Of a stretch of 64,000 bases of DNA, positions 36,101 through 49,057 are shown one piece after another. This DNA comes from Nemertoderma westbladi. Lineage: Eukaryota > Animalia > Xenacoelomorpha. Both the position numbers and the translations under genes were made by a program. The notes beneath the pieces are model-generated. The model saw only the letters and a program-made list of their open reading frames with translations. It did no database searches and had not been told where the DNA came from. Each line of letters opens with the position of its first letter. Position 1 is the stretch's first letter. Location: positions 1-64,000 of the forward strand of contig JAUCBJ010000989.1 in the NCBI GenBank assembly GCA_032718475.1, read 5' to 3'.

Positions 36101-38572
36101 CGCTAACCAAGTCCAACTGTCCGCGTCCCTGTTCGGTGGCGTCGTCCAGTCGCTCCCTTCCGCGCATTGTTCGTTGGTAGGAATTATTAACGGGATCATC
36201 TTCTCGATGTGTCGGAGTCCATCTAGTCTCCTGTTCTCTCCTCGGTGGTCGATGTTGTCTAGGTTGTTCCAACTACACGCTGGTTCGTGATCGATCCGAC
36301 GGTTGCGCTTCGAGTCGCTCTTCTATCTGAGCTAGTCGGTCCGTTACAGGTCGCATTATTTCGGCGAGTCTGTTGGTAAGCGATGCAATGCATCACATTG
36401 CTGGTTGCAATGTGGGTTTCTGTTGGGGTGTTTCTCGTGGAGGATTATTGATATAGGTGTTCGTCGATCGTTCCTTTCGTTTGTAATCTTCCGCCGCTCC
36501 AGTACGGAATATTTCCCGTTCCGTCGACTCCGAGTCACTAGATGAGTCGCTATCGTCCGGATAAGGTGGCTGGCGGGTTCGTGTCCAGCGTATTATTCTT
36601 GGTCTCGTCCGTTGTGGTCTGGAATCTACGGCTCTCCGTTGTTCGGCAGGCTCGCAAGCCTTCCACGAAGTCATAGGTCTCGTTATACGTTGTCCGATCC
36701 CGTGGGTACTACCCACATCCATCCTCCTCCGTAGTTCGGTAGGCTCGCAAGCCTTCCACGAAGTCGTAGGTTGCGTCGAACATTGTGTCAACGGTCGAGT
36801 GAAATAGTCGGGTTTCGTAGTCGGTCTATAAGTAACTGGATTTGCACAGCACGTCACAGGTTTAACTCGTAATGGTTTACTCACCTGTTTAATGGTTATA
36901 AACGCAGGTTCCTCTCTTCCTACAAGTAGACTACGACTTACTGTAGGTGGACTAGTTATGTTACCTGCTAAAATTGGCGATGAAGTCGCCCTAGGTTGCG
37001 GTATTTCCGTCACAACAAACCTGTTGCCTTGTGTCGAATGCACAGGCGTTATTTCCTTAGGTTTTGTAACAAAGACCGGTTTTATCGAAGTCGTGGGTTT
37101 GAGCATAGGAATAACTTGGGGAAAACGTTTACAGTAATCCTCGACGAACTCCTCTCCTCGATCTATCGCTCCCACACTTCCTTCCTCGATTCGCTTCTGA
37201 ATTCCGCGATATCGAGCTTCCATACGATCCAGGGCAGACAAGTCGTGTCCAGTTCGCGATCTTATAGATCTATCTCTCGCGTCGAGTTCGAGGTCCGCTT
37301 GCGCGTTCGCTGCCTCGCGCAATCTACGATTAAATTCGAACTGTAGTTGCATCTCCCTTTCGCGTCGATCTGCTTCCTGTTGTTGTGCCGCTAACTCCGC
37401 TTCCTGAATGGCTAATCGCGATTTTATTTGCCGTGCCTCCAACTGAGCACGAGCGTCAGATGCCGCTTTCTGCTGTGCTAACTCGTCGGCTGCTGCCCGT
37501 CGCGCTAACTCGTCGGCTGCTGCCCGTCGCGCTAACTCGTCGGCTGCCGCCCGTCGTGCTAAGTCTTCCTCCAGTCTCCGCATTTTTGCGCTTTCGAATT
37601 CGGCTTGCGCCTTGAGTTGCGCAATTCTCGCCTCGTCCTCTCTGTGTTGTTTCTCTCCCTCGATGGCGATCTGTGCCATCTGGCGTTGAGCTTCTTCCTC
37701 GGCAACTTGTTGTCGGAGTGCAACCTCCTGTTGTTGTCGAGTAATTACAGACGCTGTCTACTAACGTCGCCAATGTTGCCAACGTCGCTCCGTACGCTAA
37801 CGAACGATCTATTCAGTGGTGGAATTTGGTAGGCTCGCGAGCCTTCCGTAGTGAGAACTTCCGTCGTCCCTCGCGGTTCGACTTCCGGTTCATCGATCGG
37901 TACGCCGCATCTACGAAGAAAATTGGTGAGCGTTTCCAACCTCCCGTGCAGGCAGTAGAATTCTTCTTCCTCTTCGGGTTGTAACAACGCGTCCGAAACT
38001 GACTCACCTAGCAGTTGGTCAAACTGCTCCTGTTGAGCCAATCTTATTACTGACTTAAACTGGATAATGCTTTCTCTCGCACTTACTATTTTATCTATTA
38101 TCTTTACCTGAGTAAAGTTGTCGCCACGCAACTCTGCAAGTTCGTGTAAACCTTTAAGTTTATCTATGGAAGCATGTACCCTACTTTCTATCCTTACCTG
38201 TAAGGTGTAGAACTCGTATCTCGACATCGGGGCGGTTAACTCGCGTAAAACGCGAAAACCTTCTCTGAGGTTCCGAGTAATCTGGGCCATGTGTCCTCTT
38301 ATACTTCTAATAACGTTCTCCTGGCTTCCAGTCGAACTTACCATGTCCGGTTCCCGCGATCTAGTCTGCGGGACGGTAAGGAAATCTTCGATTCTGCCGT
38401 CGCCACGCGTTGCGGCTTCCGGTATTTCCGTTCGGGGTACCGGCGACGCAAGCGGTGTGACATCGGTGGAATCTCGGGTTCTCCTTCTCGGTTCGTCTAT
38501 TGTCGATCTGTCCGGGTCGCACGAGTCATAGTCGGTAGGTGGGTATCTCGTCGAATGGGGTGTGTCACTCAT
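30175..38572 (-). pseudogene. BEL/Pao gag-pol of element C, broken by about 3 frameshifts and 2 in-frame stops; integrase truncated by the Gypsy insertion
   Basis: Gag PPKFSG..EKFNYL, zinc knuckles, protease AILDSAS (~34840-34862), RT FYVDD, RNase H HSFSDAS..WTDA..NPADIASRG, integrase GIDCFGP..CDQGTNF..WERLI. Confidence 0.92.
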
Positions 38573-39495
38573 GTCTTATTATATATGTCAAGTACGGGTA
38601 ATAAAATGTCAAAGTGTCTGAATGTTGAAGTGTCAAACTTACCTTGGTATATAGTATATATATACCCTAACCGGTACAAATAAACTAACAAGGTATATAA
38701 TAAAATAAGTAATAATCTAGCCTACCGGCTAAATTTGTACGAATAAATGAGATAACGGTATACGTTACCAAAATATAGATCAATAAGTACAAATAATAGG
38801 CAAAACAGCAACGTCTAACGGGAAAATAAGTACCAACAACACTACTAATAGACAGTGAAACCCACAAATTTTAAGTACTACTGTGCTTTCTTAAGTTTGA
38901 ACGACGCGAGTCGTAAAACTTACGTTCCTTTGATCTTCCAGTCGTACAAATTCCCAAATACAAACCGGACGTGGGTCTTTCCGTTTTTCGGCGGCGCGGA
39001 CGAATTTATTGTCTCCCAAACTTTGCGAAAAGCGGTCTAATCCTCGAAGCGGTCCAGAAATGAGTCCTTGAGTCCTGAAAAGGTCGAAGGTGAGAGTTTT
39101 ACTTCTACGCTTACGAAAAATCTTCCTAGGTACCGATACAAATTGGTCTTTAAACCCTATGTACCTTTTCAAGTACCGAAAGTAACACCGCACACACACG
39201 GCGTAAAACAAAGTGCTACAAACCAACTGTTAGCTAGTCAAATATTAAATACGAAAGTACTAGCTACCCTAAAAGCCTACTGAAGCAGGGGACATTCTAA
39301 ATTACTAAATTTACTAACCTTAAATTTTAAATATCTCCTACTTACAATAGCTAACAGATCGAAATAATACTATACACTAATTTCAGAATTTGTATAATAT
39401 ACCTCCTACTATTGTAGTGCGCACACACTACAAAGCGTACAGATCTAAACAATACTATACACTAATTTCAGAATTTGTATAATAATACTTCCTAC

Positions 39496-41735
39496 TGTAA
39501 GGTCCAGTAGTATACCGCTTACCAGATCCTAGTAACGATGTACCTTACTATGAGACTCTAGTAATGTATACGGGCTCGTACAGTATCTGACAACAAATCC
39601 CAGTCCAGGATATCTAAACAAACAGATACAATACACAAACGACTACTGGCGAGGAACAGAGCCTAGTATCTATTCTATGTACGTGAGCGGGTCTAATGCC
39701 TACGTACTAGACAAAAGGATACCTGTCCTCTAACCGGTGAGGCAGATGTACAGTTACAGTAACAGACCAAACTCACGGGAAAACAATCCCCGCGCAGCGA
39801 ATCCTAACTATCACTGACAGTCCTAAATACAGTAACTTGCAGCAGTGTGATTTATATGGTTTATATTCGAGCTAGTGGGTTAACAGACCTAGCGTAACAA
39901 CACTGATTCTGTCCATAAATCAGTCGAAAAGGGGTCGTGCCTAAATGTAACAATAACTGATCCCCCTGTACGAAATCAGTCTAAAGGGTCAGGCCTAAAT
40001 GTAACAATACTGCTGAACAGGAACCAACAGTTTAATAACGAAAATGAAATACTCTCTCTTGCTGCAACTAAATATCAGATCCTAATTTTACAAATATAGA
40101 TAGATTCTGCCTAAAGTAATGTATAGTGTGCTATAGCTAGTAGGACTCTAAGGGCGAATATGTTTTAGGGCGTGTGTGTGTGGGTGTGTTACAAATAAAA
40201 CAATTTCATGTATCTCCTTTTCACTAGGTTTTAGTGATTTTCTGACCGAAATGATACCGTGCGCTAGCTACTAAAATAAACTAGTCGCGTTTTGTAGAAC
40301 TTTATACTCACAAATGACGTCAAAGCTCTCTCCTTCCTATCCACAACTCAATGGGCAACCACGGTGTTAGTAACTACACCCGTGATCGGCACTAATACCA
40401 GATTCTGGTTGTAAGATAAGAAATAGGGGTTAATCGCTACCGTACGTTAGCTGATCTGGTATACTAATTTAATTCTAGAACTTTGTTGCTGCGGTAGTTA
40501 GCAGCAATACCTATCAGTACGTGGCAAGGCGCGGTAGGATATTAATAAAACCTCCCTAGGCCAAGCAGTGTGCCGGTAGCAGAAATACTCCTTGCCTGAT
40601 CAAATAACTAACTCCAGACAGGGGGGGGGGGGGGGGGGGGTACTAATGTACGTTCTACAAAGCGAACCGGTACCAAACAGTCAGTACTAACAAATCACTA
40701 AATTATGGAACGTATGCTGTCCGTACCTAATATGTACTTGCGTACTGACGAACTGCAATAGCTCGCACCTGTAGGAAGTACAGGTTAACCCAGGGGTTCG
40801 TAGTACATAACAAAGGGGGGGGGGGGGGGGGTCCTGTCTAAATATAACTATTTGATCCTAAATTTGCGGCGTCCAGTACGGCGTCATGCTTACCCTGATC
40901 TATAGGTCTTACGGCGGGCAAGGGCATCGAACAAAGTCTTACCTTTCTCACAAAGCGGGCGCTGCATGGCAAGTCGGAGCATTTCGAAGGGCAAAGGGGG
41001 TGCGCGGTCAATCCAATGTGGGCGCTAGCGTGTTGTGGACATCTTTCCCCTGCGTTGCTGACGGCCTAACGGTCTAGGCTGCCATCTTCCCGATGTTTGG
41101 CTGTCCCAAAGTTGGACCAAAAGAAAACATGTTCAGGAATTTGCAGTATATTTACAGTTTTAACAAAGAATTTATCAAACAGATTAACAAAGTTTCAACA
41201 AGAAACCAAATAAAGATCTAAGAAGTGAAGGTGATAAGAAGAAGGGGGGGGGGGGGGGTGATAAGAAGAAGGGGGTAAGAAGAAGGGTGATAAGAAGAAG
41301 GGGGGGGGGGGGGGGGGGGAAGAAGGGGAGATAACCGAAGGCAAACCGGCCTTTTATACTAAATTAAATTAAGTTAAAGGAATTAAGTTAAAGTTTTATA
41401 CTAAATATCGCACATGGAAACCAAACAGAATTTTCCACAGCTTCACATTTGAGCAATAAAGTGCTTTATGCCCTATGATTGGCCCAGCTCATCATTCAAC
41501 GCAATCCGGCCCTTACACTAATCTGGGACACGGAATCCTAACAGTCCTAACACTAATGTAACCAACGCCTTAACCATCTGACCACTACGCCATGAGAGTA
41601 TCTAGGGGTTTTATGTGTACAATATGAATAGGCAATATTACATTACTATAACTTACTCAAAATGCGTCGGATTTTCGAAAGTTTTTATGTTAAAGTTAAA
41701 CTACAAATGCTATCTTATAGTGAAATAATTCATCA
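39496..41735 (-). repeat. 5' LTR of element C (2240 bp)
   Basis: Direct repeat of 17605-19835; followed by the TSD ATAAT. Confidence 0.92.
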
Positions 41736-43530
41736 ATAATAATAACTAGGGATGCGATCAATATGTGAAGCCAGGTGGTTTATATAATAATTTAGTCAAC
41801 ACAGTACTCGTCTTCATTATATGCCTCGTTGCGCTCTTCGCTTGTCCTGTTTTGTCATAAAATATTTTTCCTAAACGCAGACTGACGATCTTTATACAGT
41901 TATAACTATGCGAAGTTTCGAAACTGTGCGAGTAACTGTTGATACATCTATGTGGAGATGTGTGATACACGTTCGTGGGGCCTTCGCGCAGCACGAGGCC
42001 CAGTTATTAGATACAAATTAAAATTGAGCGACTGTATCACAAAATCAGGTTTTGAGAAATTTACCCACACCACCAATCAATCAAAGAAAGGGGGACAGTA
42101 CGTGTTCACCCCTTTTAATCTCCCCCCCCCCCCCCCCACCCTTCCCAACCACCAATACATAACCGCGACATCTACCACCCACGGAAGGGTAGCACGAACT
42201 TATTTCCAATCGCACGTTAAATATGCAAAGCCAGGTGGTTTATAGGAATATAATAAACGCAGTACTCGTTTTCATTATAAGCCTCTTTGCGTTCGTCCTG
42301 TTTTGTATTTAAATATATTTCTTAAACGCAGGCTAGGACGATCTTTATAATAATAATAACTAGGGATGCGATCAATATGTGAAGCCAGGTGGTTTATATA
42401 ATAATTTAGTCAACGCAGTACTCGTCTTCATTATATGCCTCGTTGCGCTCGTCGCTTGTCCTGTTTTGTCATAAAATATTTTTCCTAAACGCAGACTGAC
42501 GATCTTTATACAGTTATAACTATGCGAAGTTTCGAAACTGTGCGAGTAACTGTTGATACATCTATGTGGAGATGTGTGATATGTGGAGATGTGTGATACA
42601 ACGCCAACGCATCTTATGCCGATGTAGTAATATGGGTATTGAAATAATATTAAATCAATGTACACTCTTAAAGCTGCAGCGAAAAAATGTAGCTAATTTC
42701 CTAGGTTACATATAAAATAATAATATTATTTTTAAGAACATTAATTTTACTACTTTGCAAAAATTCAATTAAAAAATAACCAGACATATACATTGTGGAA
42801 TAAACTATTTCAGAAGCCTACAACAGCCATGCCATGGATGGTATTTATGTTATTATATCTGTCATTTACCTGAGATAGCAATACAACACTTATAGTAGAG
42901 TCAATAGGAATTGGAATACAGGAAGGATGTTGGGATGTTGGATTTAAAGAATGCTGTCTGGGCTGGAATAGCAATACTGGTTGCCTATTACAATTCCTCT
43001 CTGGTTAGTCTACAGCCACAACTCCCACCGCTAGCTAGCTCCACACCAGCAGAGACTTGACCAATAATGGGAAGGATTAAATTTGTACTCAATAATTGTG
43101 CTGTTTAATTACGTTTAGATCAATTAAAGACACATTTATTAAAGCAAATCACTTGAACTAATTAAAAACTATAATAGAATGGCGTATGTGGATTACATCT
43201 GTATAATTTTTAAGTATAATTATTTAAATCTTATACTGTAAAACAATTAATTTCCTTTAAAAGGCAGGTTGAAAATGGTGTTTTCACCGTAATCAACTTA
43301 ATTAACTAATTAACTGCTATTATCTTAGCTTCTCGAAGGCCACACGGAAATTCTACTTGGAAAATTTCTAAACTTTTGCCAAACAACATGTGTACCAAGT
43401 TTGGATAGATTTCATCAAAGATTGGCCGAGTTATTAACGTTTAAAATTGAACACGACAGAACGACAGAACGACAGGTTGATTAATGGTACCACTACGCTA
43501 AGGCTCACTCACTTCGTGGCTCGCCCCACA
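41736..43530. repeat. Composite HINE-like repeat with an internal ~610-bp tandem unit; 41967-43530 is duplicated at 47471-49057
   Basis: 41736-41966 repeats at ~42346-42580; GACAGAAC microsatellite; shared terminus CACTTCGTGGCTCGCCCCACA. Confidence 0.75.
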
Positions 43531-43628
43531 GTGCTGGAGTGCAGGGAGTATGAGTAAGGGCAGTTCACGTGGAACATGGTACGTTATCTACTGTATACTG
43601 TCGCACTCATTGGCATAACACCTACTAA

Positions 43629-43812
43629 CCTACTTTCTCATCCTAATTCTCATCCCCTTTCTCATCCTAATTCTCATCCTCTTTCTCATCCTAATTCTCA
43701 TCCCCTTTCTCATCCTAATTCTCATCCCCTTTCTCATCCTAATTCTCATCCCCTTTCTCATCCTAATTCTCATCCCCTTTCTCATCCTAATTCTCATCCC
43801 CTTTCTCATCCT
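43629..43812. repeat. 24-bp minisatellite (CTTTCTCATCCTAATTCTCATCCC), about 7.5 copies
   Basis: Read directly. Confidence 0.92.
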
Positions 43813-43950
43813 ATTTCCCCTTCCATTACCGATGACTTACTAATGTTAGAATATTTGTGTGATATCATAAAGTTTATTATTTAAAGTCATGAAATACCAA
43901 TATAAATATAAATATTTAATTATATTATATTTTATTGCAATGTAATTAAT

Positions 43951-44240
43951 TTAATTAATAATGTCAGCGTTAAACGCCGTAGTGAAATGATTGCCGAAGG
44001 TAGTTAGAATAGCGTTGCTATTGGCACCGCTGTTGGTGATTAAGTGGACGATGTTACGGAGGTTGGAAGGAAGAATAGGACCGGCGACCTCTAGATGGTA
44101 GACGAACTTGGAGTCGGCGGGATGGAATGCGTTCCTGGAGACCGCCTTCAGTCTAGCAACAGTCCCTCCCTGGAAGGGGGCGTTACTGAGCAACGTAGGG
44201 GACACCCCTTGCCCCGTCCAACGGCCCCATCGTGTCCCCT
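43951..44240 (-). pseudogene. DONSON: DONSON (downstream neighbor of SON / humpty dumpty)-like C-terminal fragment
   Basis: GVSPTLLSNAPFQGGTVARLK...YHLEVAGPILPSNL...TTAFN parallels the DONSON motifs PPTLLSPVAF.GAT...LEI.GPI.P...TA.FN (recalled, not searched); no other exons recognised. Confidence 0.6.
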
Positions 44241-45085
44241 GTATAGACCTTATCAATGCAAACCTTTGGGTTACCTTTGGGTTATCTGTTTTACCATATG
44301 CAAAGTACTCCATTTTCTCCCGATTTCCTGATATTCGAGAAAAAAAAGTAACAATTTAAGAAGACAATATTTTAATATAAATTTTGAGTATTTCTCACGA
44401 CAATGTAATTCGTATAATTCAACAAATTTATTTTGCAGGGATTGCGAATTGCTGCTTGGTCGATCCCTTTTATATTTACTTAACAGACTAAAAGTGAGAA
44501 TATAAATCGAGGGTCAAGTTCAATAGCGTAGGAAAAATAATGTATGTAGGTGATCTGTAGGACTGCTGGGCCTGGGAGGTGCTGTACATAGCATAATGAC
44601 GTGTATTGAGGACATACAACACATTCATGAACGGTGTTATTCCCAGGTCTACCTACCGTTTGCCTGTACTGCGATGGAGAACGTTAGAAACTTAGACTGC
44701 AAGAATTCAAATGTTCCGATTTTACTAAACTGCATACTGTAGCGGAAAATAATAATGATAGCCCTGTAGAAATCAGACGTTCTACATGCCTTACTAAAAA
44801 TATACCTACAGTAGATATAATACATAAATACCAGTTATTTATTGCTATAGAACTGTGTTTCCAATGTAATTGTGTCTATTCTAGAAACTAATTTGTCCGT
44901 TCATCATTACTTGCTCACAAATAATATACTAGTATCATGTAATTAGAAGCTAATTAATAAACAATTATTTAAAAGTAACAATTAAAACTGAATCTCACTT
45001 AAAAACAATTACCTCTTTCTACAGTAGCATAACTTATCATCCCAGTAGTTTATTTAAACATATTTAAGTACCGGAAGTTATTCTC

Positions 45086-46540
45086 ATGATGGGAGATCAA
45101 CATGGCCCTTCCAGAAAACAGTCTTCACTGAAGCGACATCTCCCTTGTGCATCAGATAGTGAGAGCGACAACGGCTTAGGACATAAACGTTATATCCCCG
45201 GTGGTGATAGCGAAGATGAAGTCATTGAGATCTCCAAAGAACTGCCAGATAACGAAGGTTCAACATCAACCCGATACCCTGATTGGGCAGCACTTCCACA
45301 CGAACTTATTTCTAATTTGTTCAGCTATTTACCAGAATGCGATCGGTTGTCAGCCGGCGGAACTTGTCTCAAATGGAATGAGGCCCAGAAAGATGCGGGG
45401 CTTTGGAGAACGGGAGATATTGCCATCAGTGGAGAACGGCATCACGATAAGAAAGAGATTGAAGTATTTAGACAATACGGAGTTCATATGGAAAAAGTTG
45501 CAATCCGTTGCTATGGGAGGCTAAGCAATAGACAACAGATGTTATGGCACCTCAGCCAATCAGTGGATCATCTTAAGGTATCCCAGCTAAAACAATTCCG
45601 TCTATGGATGGCTTCCCTCGGTATCTATGACACAAAAATATCGCAGCATTTAAATGAATTCTTCCGGTCACAGAAAGAGTTAGAAGACGTGACACTAAGA
45701 GATTTGCAAGTAAAGCCTTTAATTGACGGTGTTCGATTAATAGAAAGTTTGGTGAGACACAACCGCGGATCTTTAAGGAAGATCATAATCGATGAATTAA
45801 TTCATCCATCTGCCGCATCTACTGCGAGGCCCATATCATCTGCTATGGGACCGCTCACTTCATTGAAGGCGTTGACGAACCTGAATATCAATTATAACTA
45901 CTTGAATCCAGATATATTAGAAAGAATTCTGACTAACAGTCCCCATCTAATATTATTGGTACTCCGCCTAGATCTGACTAGATCTGATAATGTTTTACCT
46001 GTTGCTGATAATAACAACAGCCCGTGGAGAAAAGCCAACCCCGAGCTCTCGGTTCATATGCTGTTCTACTTCGAGACAGTTGACGTTCATTCGCTGATTC
46101 GCTTGATAAAAGGACGACCTCCTCTGACGAAGTTCGAATTAGTTTCAGCTTGGATGGAAACAGGCGACGGCTTATCTATCCTATTCCGCTATCTAGGTGA
46201 TCACATGGACCAATGTCTGAAAGAGTTGGTAATGGAGTGCGGGCAGGATGAAGAAATACGTGTTGACTTCGTTTCGATGGTAAGAGATTGTAAGAAGCTA
46301 GAGAGCATCACAATTACGATGACTCTCAAAATTGAAGTTGTAACTGATATCTGTGAGCTGAAGTTCCAGCAAGAAATTATTCCAGAATTCAAGAAGTGTC
46401 ACATCGCCTTCGCGGGTGTGGATAATGGGGTTGAATTGAGTATCCTGAACCGTCAATGGAATGATAAGATAAAAGCTAGCGGAGTTGATTTCCGTTTCAA
46501 TAAGTTCGGAGATCCTATGGAGATGGTCACTGTCGGTTAA
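45086..46540 (+). CDS. F-box protein with LRR-like C-terminal region (FBXO39/FBXL-like), intronless, 484 aa
   Basis: F-box WAALPHELISNLFSYLPECDRLSAGGTCLKW..LWR followed by LxxLxL repeats; uninterrupted ORF. Confidence 0.85.
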   Translation: MMGDQHGPSRKQSSLKRHLPCASDSESDNGLGHKRYIPGGDSEDEVIEISKELPDNEGSTSTRYPDWAALPHELISNLFSYLPECDRLSAGGTCLKWNEAQKDAGLWRTGDIAISGERHHDKKEIEVFRQYGVHMEKVAIRCYGRLSNRQQMLWHLSQSVDHLKVSQLKQFRLWMASLGIYDTKISQHLNEFFRSQKELEDVTLRDLQVKPLIDGVRLIESLVRHNRGSLRKIIIDELIHPSAASTARPISSAMGPLTSLKALTNLNINYNYLNPDILERILTNSPHLILLVLRLDLTRSDNVLPVADNNNSPWRKANPELSVHMLFYFETVDVHSLIRLIKGRPPLTKFELVSAWMETGDGLSILFRYLGDHMDQCLKELVMECGQDEEIRVDFVSMVRDCKKLESITITMTLKIEVVTDICELKFQQEIIPEFKKCHIAFAGVDNGVELSILNRQWNDKIKASGVDFRFNKFGDPMEMVTVG

Positions 46541-46856
46541 TTAGAAGATACTGGAGCTGAATGTCTTGGATGGTTAAATACAAGACGCTCACTAATTCAC
46601 GCTCGCCGATTAGCTAATAATTATTAATCGTGTTTATATATTGTATATTCTTACATTATTGGTAACAAGTAACTAAAAATAGAGTCCTGCAATATGTTAT
46701 ATATTTATATATATATTTGATACAGCACAACCCCCCCCCCCCCTCCCCACACATCACACTGTTATTTTCTTCTGATTGTGCTTGGCAATTATATTAAGAT
46801 GACCTTGATGAAAGTTACTCGTTTACAAAACTTTGGGGTTCTAAAAACTGCTTAAA

Positions 46857-47365
46857 TTAATAAGGTAACTATTTCATAGCATGAATCATTTTTTTTAATG
46901 TTTGTATTAATTATGTACACTTGTACTGTACAGTCGGTCTACATTATTAGCATCAACTTTATAATGGAGAGCTTGACCTTCCTACTTGAATAATTCATAA
47001 GAAAATTTGTTGATTCTTTAATCCTATTAATAAGGTAACTATTTCATAGCATGAATCATTTTTTTTAATGTTTGTATTAATTATGTACACTTGTACTGTA
47101 CAGTCGGTCTATATTATTAGCATCAACTTTATAATGGAGAGCTTGACCTTCCTACTTGAATAATTCATAAGAAAATTTGTTGATTCTTTAATCCTATTAA
47201 TAAGGTAACTATTTCATAGCATGAATCATTTTTTTTAATGTTTGTATTAATTATGTACACTTGTACTGTACAGTCGGTCTATATTATTAGCATCAACTTT
47301 ATAATGGAGAGCTTGACCTTCCTACTTGAATAATTCATAAGAAAATTTGTTGATTCTTTAATCCT
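46857..47365. repeat. 170-bp tandem repeat, 3 copies
   Basis: TAAGGTAACT recurs at 46861, 47031 and 47201 with near-identical units. Confidence 0.93.
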
Positions 47366-47470
47366 AAGGCATCTCAAATTGGGATGTACCACTAAAGTTA
47401 GAGGCGGAGTAGCGTTACTATTAACTTCTAGTGCGACTTGGTGTTGTTTCAATACTCGCAGGGCAAGGGA

Positions 47471-49057
47471 ACACGTTCGTGGGGCCTTCGCGCAGCACGA
47501 GGCCCAGTTATTAGATACAAATTAAAATTGAGCGACTGTATCACAAAATCAGGTTTTGAGAAATTTACCCACACCACCAATCAATCAAAGAGGGGGACAG
47601 ACAGTACGTGTTCACCCCTTTTAATCCCCCCCCCCCCCCACCCTTCTCAACCACCAATACATAACCGCGACTTCTACCACCCACGGAAGGGTAGCACGAA
47701 CTTATTTCCAATCGCACGTTAAATATGCAAAGCCAGGTGGTTTATAGGAATATAATAAACGCAGTACTCGTTTTCATCATAAGCCTCTTTGCGTTCGTCC
47801 TGTTTTGTATTTAAATATATTTCTTAAACGCAGGCTAGGACGATCTTTATAATAATAATAACTAGGGATGCGATCAATATGTGAAGCCAGGTGGTTTATA
47901 TAATAATTTAGTCAACGCAGTACTCGTCTTCATTATATGCCTCGTCGCTTGTCCTGTTTTGTCATAAAATATTTTTCCTAAACGCAGACTGACGATCTTT
48001 ATACAGTTATAACTATGCGAAGTTTCGAAACTGTGTGAGTAACTGTTGATACATCTATGTGGAGATGTGTGATATGTGGAGATGTGTGATACAACGCCAA
48101 CGCATCTTATGCCGATGTAGTAATATGGGTATTGAAATAATATTATTAAATGAATGTACACTCTTAAAGCTGCAGCGAAAAAATGTAGCTAATTTCCTAG
48201 GTTACATATAAAATAATAATATTATTTTTAAGAACATTAATTTTACTACTTTGCAAAAATTCAATTAAAAAATAACCAGACATATACATTGTGGAATAAA
48301 CTATTTCAGAAGCCTACAACAGCCATGCCATGGATTGTATTTATGTTATTATTTATTATCTGTAATTTAACTGAGATAGCAATAGTAGTAGTAGTCGAAC
48401 GGTTATGCGGCCCGTCCAGCCTATAATAAACACAATTCAGTGATTGGGCTGGAATAGCAATGCTGGTTGCCTATTACAATTCCTCTCTGGTTAGTCTACA
48501 GCCACAACTCCCAGCAGCTAGCTCCACACCAGCAGAGACTTGACCATTAATGGGAAGGATTAAATTTGTACTCAATAATTGTGCGGTTTAATTACGTTTA
48601 GATCAATTAAAGACACATTTATTAAAGCAAATCACTTGAACTAATTAATTAAAAACTATAATAGAATGGCGTATGGGGATTATATCTGTATAATTTTTAA
48701 GTATAATTATTTAAATCTTATACTGTGAAACAATTAATTTCCTTTAAAAGGCAGGTTGAAAATGGTGTTTTCACCGCAATCAACTTAATTAACTAATTAA
48801 CTGCTATTATCTTAGCTTCTCGAAGGCCACACGGAAATTCTACTTGGAAAATTTCTAAACTTTTGCCAAACAACATGTGTACCCACTTTGGATAGATTTC
48901 ATCAAAGATTGGCCGAGTTATTAACGTTTAAAATTGAACACGACAGAACGACAGAACGACAGAACGACAGAACGACAGAACGACAGAACGACAGAACGAC
49001 AGGTTGATTAATGGTACCACTACGCTAAGGCTCACTCACTTCGTGGCTCGCCCCACA
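47471..49057. repeat. Second copy of the composite repeat 41967-43530, with an expanded (GACAGAAC)n tract
   Basis: Collinear near-identity with small indels. Confidence 0.85.

Larger units (their letters stand above)
17605..41735 (-). mobile_element. BEL/Pao LTR retrotransposon C, both LTRs present, interrupted by a Gypsy element
   Basis: Direct repeats 17605-19835 and 39496-41735 with TG...CA ends; 5-bp TSD ATAAT at 17600-17604 and 41736-41740; PPT GGAGTGG (minus strand, 19836-19842); Pao-type gag-pol. Confidence 0.93.

Noticed and set aside
39496-41517. LTR of element C ending at 41517
   Set aside because: Homology between the two LTRs resumes and runs to 41735/19835, where the TSD and PPT are found.
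41758-42665. Recurring 78-97 aa ORFs (also 47438-48161, 2961-3173)
   Set aside because: Chance ORFs in a repeated non-coding element; starts and frames vary between copies.
43629-43812. CRISPR array or the 102-aa ORF 43576-43884
   Set aside because: Head-to-tail minisatellite without unique spacers in eukaryotic DNA; the ORF is just the translated repeat. The same applies to the 25-, 13- and 170-bp repeats.
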